From Promethearchaeati archaeon (GTDB lineage: Archaea; Asgardarchaeota; Heimdallarchaeia; JABLTI01): 11,602 bases of DNA. The position numbers were made by a program, and so were the translations under genes. The DNA lies in NCBI GenBank assembly GCA_013166835.1, contig JABLTI010000087.1, forward strand, positions 1-11,602. Direction: 5' to 3'. The notes beneath the pieces were generated by a model, which made no database searches, was not told the DNA's origin, and saw only the letters and a list, made by a program, of their open reading frames with translations. Shown here piece by piece: positions 7,191 through 11,602 of this stretch. How positions within the stretch are numbered: position 1 is the stretch's first letter; every line of letters begins with the position of its first letter.

Positions 7191-7928
7191 TCAGTTTTTC
7201 AAACTAGTTTTTTTCTTACATCGCCAAACTATTGAAAAGGCAACTATTACTAAGAATCCACTCACAATTGTTATTGCCGGAAAATTACTAGTTACAGGGG
7301 GCAAAGGTATTGAGGAATATGTTAGGTGCATGCTTAATGAGAAAGATCCTGAAGTAGTATTTGCTGAAATTAAAACCCCAGTTTGTGGTTCATATTCCAA
7401 TTCTGTTGTTTGAAAACCATCATCATAACTTATTCTATATGTGTCTACTACTGTATCAATAACCCTGCCTGTATCATTGTAAACAATGGATGCATTTTCT
7501 CCAATAAAAGGAGTTACATCTGTAAGCACACCCCAATCTGGTTCTAAGGAAACCAAACCTCCATACCAAGGTAAAGCTGATAAACCAAGGTTAAAACCAA
7601 TATCTTGATCATGAGTTGTGACTGATAAATTTCCTATATCTAAATTCCCAGTTAAATATTCCTTATTTTCTATTTCAACCGAACTAAGTGCAGTAAAACC
7701 AATTACATTGCTTTGGTTTGCATGCCAATTAGCATAGAAACCCCAAGTTGAAACATTGTACCATTCAATATTTCCTGCTGAAACATTGTCTATAATCCAT
7801 GTAAAATTTTCTCCATAATAGAGTTCTGTGGGTACTTTTGCTGAAACATTTTGAACTATAACACATGAAATTAGTATTGTTATTATAATAAGCAAATAGC
7901 CACTTCTTCCATTTTTCTTTAAGTGCAT
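7191..7928 (-). CDS. Secreted, C-terminally membrane-anchored glycoprotein of unknown function
   Basis: Signal peptide (KKNGR, hydrophobic stretch, VSA cleavage-like site), beta-rich body with 9 N-X-S/T sequons, 'YEPQTGVLI' motif, then a Pro-rich linker, TM helix and RCKKK tail (CTERM-like layout). RBS GGAAGGA upstream. Confidence 0.8.
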   Translation of the reverse strand: MHLKKNGRSGYLLIIITILISCVIVQNVSAKVPTELYYGENFTWIIDNVSAGNIEWYNVSTWGFYANWHANQSNVIGFTALSSVEIENKEYLTGNLDIGNLSVTTHDQDIGFNLGLSALPWYGGLVSLEPDWGVLTDVTPFIGENASIVYNDTGRVIDTVVDTYRISYDDGFQTTELEYEPQTGVLISANTTSGSFSLSMHLTYSSIPLPPVTSNFPAITIVSGFLVIVAFSIVWRCKKKTSLKN

Positions 7929-7944
7929 AATTTATCCTTCCATT

Positions 7945-8418
7945 TTATGAATAACTCTTGTAAATCCAACTTATTTCCTTGGCATTGTTTTCGCGGATAT
8001 TGAATTTATCAGATGCAATACTTCCAGCTCCACCGTCAACATAATATTTCCAGTAGTTGTCAACACTCTGTTCAATACCAGCTATTGCTTCAACAAATAT
8101 CCCACTCGGAAAAGTCCTTACTTCAACAGTTATGTTTGCTAGAAGCAATATGGTGTAAGCACTGGTTGTTTGATTCGCTTCGAGAAGTATTGTTAGATTA
8201 ATATTTTCTCGAAATCCGTTGAAATCAACAATCAATCTTACTTGCATTTCTTCATCTAAGTCTGTTGAGGTTGTTGAATACCCAAGTTTTTCTCTTAGAG
8301 AATCAGGCAATATTCCATTGAATGGGCCAAAAATTAAACCACCAGTTATTACGAAAACTATCAAAATAAATCCGATTATTGAAAGCAATCGATAATTTTT
8401 CTCAAAGAAATTTGCCAT
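7945..8418 (-). CDS. DUF4430 (transcobalamin C-terminal-like) membrane-anchored protein
   Basis: N-terminal TM helix, then 'V.LIVDFNG...T.AY..L...G.FVEAI.G......YWKYYVDG......SD.......I.W.Y', the DUF4430 pattern. GGTGA RBS upstream. Confidence 0.8.
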   Translation of the reverse strand: MANFFEKNYRLLSIIGFILIVFVITGGLIFGPFNGILPDSLREKLGYSTTSTDLDEEMQVRLIVDFNGFRENINLTILLEANQTTSAYTILLLANITVEVRTFPSGIFVEAIAGIEQSVDNYWKYYVDGGAGSIASDKFNIRENNAKEISWIYKSYS

Positions 8419-8442
8419 AGATTCACCTGAAATTAGATTCTA

Positions 8443-8463
8443 AATAGGTTAATATAACCTATT
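8443..8463. promoter_or_regulatory. Perfect inverted repeat AATAGGTTA-ata-TAACCTATT; candidate operator
   Basis: 9-bp arms (8443-8451 and 8455-8463) with a 3-bp spacer, 25-45 nt upstream of the DUF4430 start and within the promoter zone. Minus-strand TATA candidates are at 8450-8457 and 8471-8478. Confidence 0.55.
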
Positions 8464-8505
8464 ATTTTCCTTTTAAAATTCTTTCTTTCCCTCGGGATTG
8501 TATTT

Positions 8506-8521
8506 CGAAAGGTTTTATAAA
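8506..8521 (+). promoter_or_regulatory. Archaeal BRE + TATA box for the MuiA-family gene
   Basis: CGAAAGG followed by TTTTATAAA, then GAGGA (8552-8556) and ATG 8565. Confidence 0.65.
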
Positions 8522-8564
8522 AAGAAAGTCTTAGCTGAAACATCAAACATTGAGGATTATTCTA

Positions 8565-10166
8565 ATGTCAGACAAAAATTTTACTACTCTTAAATCCACA
8601 ATAGATAGAGTTGTTGTATATTTAGATGGTGCGAGAATTTATCGCTCCGGTAAAGCTGAACTCAAAAAGGGGTTCCAGCAAGTGTGTATTCAAGGTTTAA
8701 CAAAGAATCTGCACAAAGATAGCGTTAGGGTTTCGGGTAAAGGTAAGGGATCCTTGGGTGCAATTGATGTGGAAACCGTTTATCAAGAAGAGGTTTCACA
8801 TGAAGCTTTGAATGCTTTAATACTAGAAGAAGATAAATTACAAAAGGAATTACTAGTTTTAACTCAAAAATTAGAATTCGCTAGCTTACAGAATGCTCGA
8901 TTAAAAGCTTTAAGTGATAAATTCTCACTTGAATTTCCACAATGGTTAGCATCTGGCGAATCACAGTTAACAACATTAAATGAGTTCATTGATTTTGAAA
9001 CAAAAAGAAATACTGATTTCTTAAAGCAAAAGCAAAAACTGGAAGAAGATATAGAGAATCTCCAGAAAAAACTGAACACATTGCAAGCAAAAATCAATGA
9101 ATATCGAAATCAATCTCGAGTAGAACAGACTTATACCATAACAATTGGAGTAGACGTAAATACTGCAGGTCCATTTGTTTTTGATATGTCTTATCAAACC
9201 AGAGGCGTCACTTGGAATGCTAATTATGATGTCGATTTGCAACCTACTAAAGCAATTCTCAAAGGAATAGCACAAGTTGTCAATCGAACATTAGAGGATT
9301 GGAAGAATGTTGAATTAGAAATATCAACTGCTGTTTTCAAACCAATCAGGGTTATAGATCCAAATCCATTCTACATTGATATCTATGATCCATATGCCAG
9401 ACCAGCACCAGCACCAAAAGCTAGTCGCTCCATGAAGAAAATGAAAGCAGGTGCAGCAGCATTCGCCAGTGTAGCTGAAGAAGCAAGAATGGATGATTAT
9501 GAGAAAGAAGAAGATTTGTTTGAACCAGTAGCAGAAATGAAAGAAAGCGCTGCCGGAGTACAAAGCTATGTAATTCCTGGTAAATGGACAATCCCATCTG
9601 ATGGAAACACTCATCCAGTGACTTTAACTATTACTGAATTGAAAACTGAAAAAGAATTCTATTGGGCAGCCACTGACGCTCTTGGAGTTATCGCTCAAGA
9701 TAAGCTTACTAATGATGACGAAGTAATTCTTGGTGGAAACGCTAAGGTTTATTCTGAAGGTGAATTCATAGGTGAAACACATATCACTAGGGTTCCCCCA
9801 AGAGACGAATTCAAATTAGGTGCACGAGAAGAACTCAAATTAGCTGCTAAAAAGAAACTACTCAAGCGAGTCAGAGAAAAAGCAGGTTTAGTCAAAGGTA
9901 AACGTGCTATTTCTTATGAATACGAACTAGAGATTAAGAACTTCCGAAAAGAAGCTTCACAAATAACGCTAAAAGATGCAATTCCTTATTCCCGATCTGA
10001 ACGTATCAAAATCAAGGGTTTTGAAGCCAGTGTTGTACCAGTAAAAGATAATCTTGGTATTTACACCTGGGAGTTAAAACTCAAACCAGATGGTGTAACC
10101 AAAATAACCTACAAATTCGAGGTCGAATGGGAAAAGGATTATGAAATCACTCCAACTTTGCCGTGA
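8565..10166 (+). CDS. Mucoidy inhibitor MuiA-family protein (DUF4140 + coiled coil + DUF4139)
   Basis: N-terminal 'IDRVVVYLDGA.IYR...L.KG.Q.V.I.GL...L.KDSVRV.G.G', long coiled coil, 'SYQ..GVTW.A.YD', 'AQVVNRT.EDW.NV.L.ISTA.', Ala/Met-rich linker, 'TIPSDG', 'G.A.VY.EGEFIG', 'G...WELKL.P......Y.FEVE'. No signal peptide. ATG 8565 preferred over TTG 8550. Confidence 0.9.
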   Translation: MSDKNFTTLKSTIDRVVVYLDGARIYRSGKAELKKGFQQVCIQGLTKNLHKDSVRVSGKGKGSLGAIDVETVYQEEVSHEALNALILEEDKLQKELLVLTQKLEFASLQNARLKALSDKFSLEFPQWLASGESQLTTLNEFIDFETKRNTDFLKQKQKLEEDIENLQKKLNTLQAKINEYRNQSRVEQTYTITIGVDVNTAGPFVFDMSYQTRGVTWNANYDVDLQPTKAILKGIAQVVNRTLEDWKNVELEISTAVFKPIRVIDPNPFYIDIYDPYARPAPAPKASRSMKKMKAGAAAFASVAEEARMDDYEKEEDLFEPVAEMKESAAGVQSYVIPGKWTIPSDGNTHPVTLTITELKTEKEFYWAATDALGVIAQDKLTNDDEVILGGNAKVYSEGEFIGETHITRVPPRDEFKLGAREELKLAAKKKLLKRVREKAGLVKGKRAISYEYELEIKNFRKEASQITLKDAIPYSRSERIKIKGFEASVVPVKDNLGIYTWELKLKPDGVTKITYKFEVEWEKDYEITPTLP

Positions 10167-10609
10167 TGCTTGTGAAACTTAAAATTGTGCCTATAAGTAA
10201 TCAATGGTTAATCTATCAAGAAGTAGACGGCAGTGAGATTGTCATAGGAAAGATTAGGATAACACCTAATTCTACCATTTTTCTACTAAATGATTCAGAA
10301 GCACAATTAGTAACACGAAAAATGAACAATAAAATATTCTACAAAATTACCTCCAATGGAACTGTTTTGAGAAGTTTTTATTACAGGAATAGAAGCTTTT
10401 CTTTTCTAAAATGGAAAACAAGCGATGATTTTCCAAAAATTCTGAAAGGTTATTTAAAATATTCTCGAATTTTCCTTAAATACAAAAATAGTAAAATCGC
10501 AACTTCATTATCAATTACTAAGAATGCTTATATTTTGAATATACAATCTTCCTCCGATTTTCCTCTTGTTGTTCTCCTAGCTTCTTTTTACCCTTTTTTG
10601 AGTAACTGA
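10163..10609 (+). CDS. Hypothetical basic protein, possibly tubby C-terminal/LURP-one-like
   Basis: Start overlaps the upstream stop (GTGATG; GTG 10163 or ATG 10166), implying translational coupling. Beta-strand-rich, ending in 'AYILNI....DFPLVVLLASF'. The fold call is weak. Confidence 0.6.
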   Translation: MMLVKLKIVPISNQWLIYQEVDGSEIVIGKIRITPNSTIFLLNDSEAQLVTRKMNNKIFYKITSNGTVLRSFYYRNRSFSFLKWKTSDDFPKILKGYLKYSRIFLKYKNSKIATSLSITKNAYILNIQSSSDFPLVVLLASFYPFLSN

Positions 10610-10692
10610 GCATCTTTATCTCATTTTCAAAATATTAGAAAGAATAATTATACTGCTTGCGCATATTATTGTGAGTATTTGGTGCGTGAATT

Positions 10693-11602
10693 ATGTCAGA
10701 GGATTCTTCAGTAGAGAAAAAAACAGAAAACAAAAAAAAGTTTTCACTCTCGAGACTGAAAGTTGATAGGAAATTCGTTTTTATTACAGTTTTTCTAGTC
10801 TTATCTGTTGTTGCTCTTGCATTTTCAACAAAGTTTCTCTTTGATTCCAATATAGAAGAATGGACAGTAACACAAGGACTATTTGAGGGAGAAAAAGGAT
10901 CCTTATATGCTAGAACACCAAATGATAATTGGGCTTATCATGAAAGCTCAGTTGCATACGGAGAATGGGAATGGAAACTTCAATATTACGGATCGGGTTC
11001 TGCTTCGATAACTTTTATTGGTTTGAATAAGAATTATACCAACAAAGCAAAAACCCCACAGGGATATAAGCTAATATTCCAAATCGGTGAACGGCTTGCA
11101 ATAAATCGACTCGACAGTTCTTCTTCTGAGGTGGAATTAAATTCTACTTATTTTGTTCCTATAGCAAGTGCTGTGTATGACGTAAAAATCATTCGTACAC
11201 CAAATAATCAGACTTTTAGGGTTTATGTAAATGACGCTTTAATGTTAAATGCCACAGATAGTACTTATACTACTTCTGAAGTTTTAGAATTGTCCTGGTC
11301 TAATATACAAGAACTTGATTGGATAAAAGTAACAGATTCTATTGGGGAAAATAGTTGGAGTGACTTTTTCACTGGTTTACCTTCTGCTGATTCTGATAAT
11401 ATTTTTACAAAAATTGCTTTATATGTACCATTCATAGCCCTCGGATTAGTAATCCTTCTATATGTTTTAAGGCTACTATTTTCAGATAGTAGTTGGACAA
11501 GGTCTATTATGCCTTTGATGTTAGCCATGGTTATTGGTTTAGGTTATGGGCTATTAGTTGATTTCATTCGTGACTATCTTCCAAAGGTTACTCCTGATGT
11601 CA
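10693..11602 (+). CDS. Membrane protein with an extracellular ConA/laminin-G-like beta-sandwich, 5' part; runs off the right edge
   Basis: Not in the ORF track. Open from ATG 10693 to the window end (303 codons): MSEDSSVEKKTENKKK..., TM1 (FVFITVFLVLSVVALAF), 'WTVTQG.F....GSLY...AYHESSVAYGEWEW', 'KIIRTPNNQTFRVYVND.LMLNATDSTY', 'LDWIKVTD', then two more TM helices. Four sequons (NYT, NST, NQT, NAT). RBS-like GGTGCGTGA and BRE/TATA-like GAAAGAA-TAATTATA (10638-10652) upstream. Confidence 0.8.
   Translation, partial: MSEDSSVEKKTENKKKFSLSRLKVDRKFVFITVFLVLSVVALAFSTKFLFDSNIEEWTVTQGLFEGEKGSLYARTPNDNWAYHESSVAYGEWEWKLQYYGSGSASITFIGLNKNYTNKAKTPQGYKLIFQIGERLAINRLDSSSSEVELNSTYFVPIASAVYDVKIIRTPNNQTFRVYVNDALMLNATDSTYTTSEVLELSWSNIQELDWIKVTDSIGENSWSDFFTGLPSADSDNIFTKIALYVPFIALGLVILLYVLRLLFSDSSWTRSIMPLMLAMVIGLGYGLLVDFIRDYLPKVTPDV

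Noticed and set aside
608-8418. Functional link between the light module and the queCE or B12-like genes (deazaflavin antenna or CarH-type B12 photoregulation)
   Set aside because: QueC/QueE make 7-deazaguanine, not the 5-deazaflavin antenna. No CarH/LitR gene is in the window, and the units are transcribed separately.
8419-8564. Cobalamin or preQ1 riboswitch upstream of the operon
   Set aside because: No B12-box or preQ1 aptamer pattern is visible, and the short region is occupied by two divergent promoters.
9395-9500. CCAGCA-type short repeats in the MuiA-family gene
   Set aside because: They encode the Pro/Ala-rich linker usual for this family and are not a CRISPR or DNA-level repeat.
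8013-9614. ORFs 8013..8201 (+), 8864..9097, 9021..9275 and 9324..9614 (-)
   Set aside because: Fully overlap the DUF4430 or MuiA-family genes on the opposite strand, with no independent support.
10635-11528. Minus-strand ORFs 10635..10850 and 11265..11528
   Set aside because: Shadows of the long plus-strand ORF starting at 10693, which has an RBS, promoter-like elements and coherent topology.

Overview
AT-rich archaeal DNA: BRE/TATA promoters, GGTGA/GGAG-type ribosome-binding sites, archaeal-type QueC and PyrE, and surface proteins rich in N-glycosylation sequons. An Asgard (Heimdallarchaeia-like) origin is my inference only. The left edge carries a heliorhodopsin gene (partial, 1..416, minus strand) that the ORF track missed. 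It sits head-to-head with a class II CPD photolyase across a ~190-bp intergenic region. Next is a stand-alone 2-oxoacid dehydrogenase E2-like catalytic domain lacking the catalytic His. A tightly spaced minus-strand run follows, in transcription order: DUF4430 (transcobalamin-like) protein, membrane-anchored glycoprotein, ECF S-component in frame with orotate phosphoribosyltransferase (PyrE), queC, queE and a DUF362 Fe-S protein. A perfect 9-3-9 palindrome lies in the promoter of this run. On the right, on the plus strand, are a MuiA-family (DUF4140/DUF4139) gene, a small possible tubby/LURP-one-like gene and a partial membrane protein with a ConA-like beta-sandwich (10693..end), also missed by the ORF track. 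I found no RNA genes, CRISPR arrays or mobile elements. All family calls come from motif recognition by eye, not database searches.
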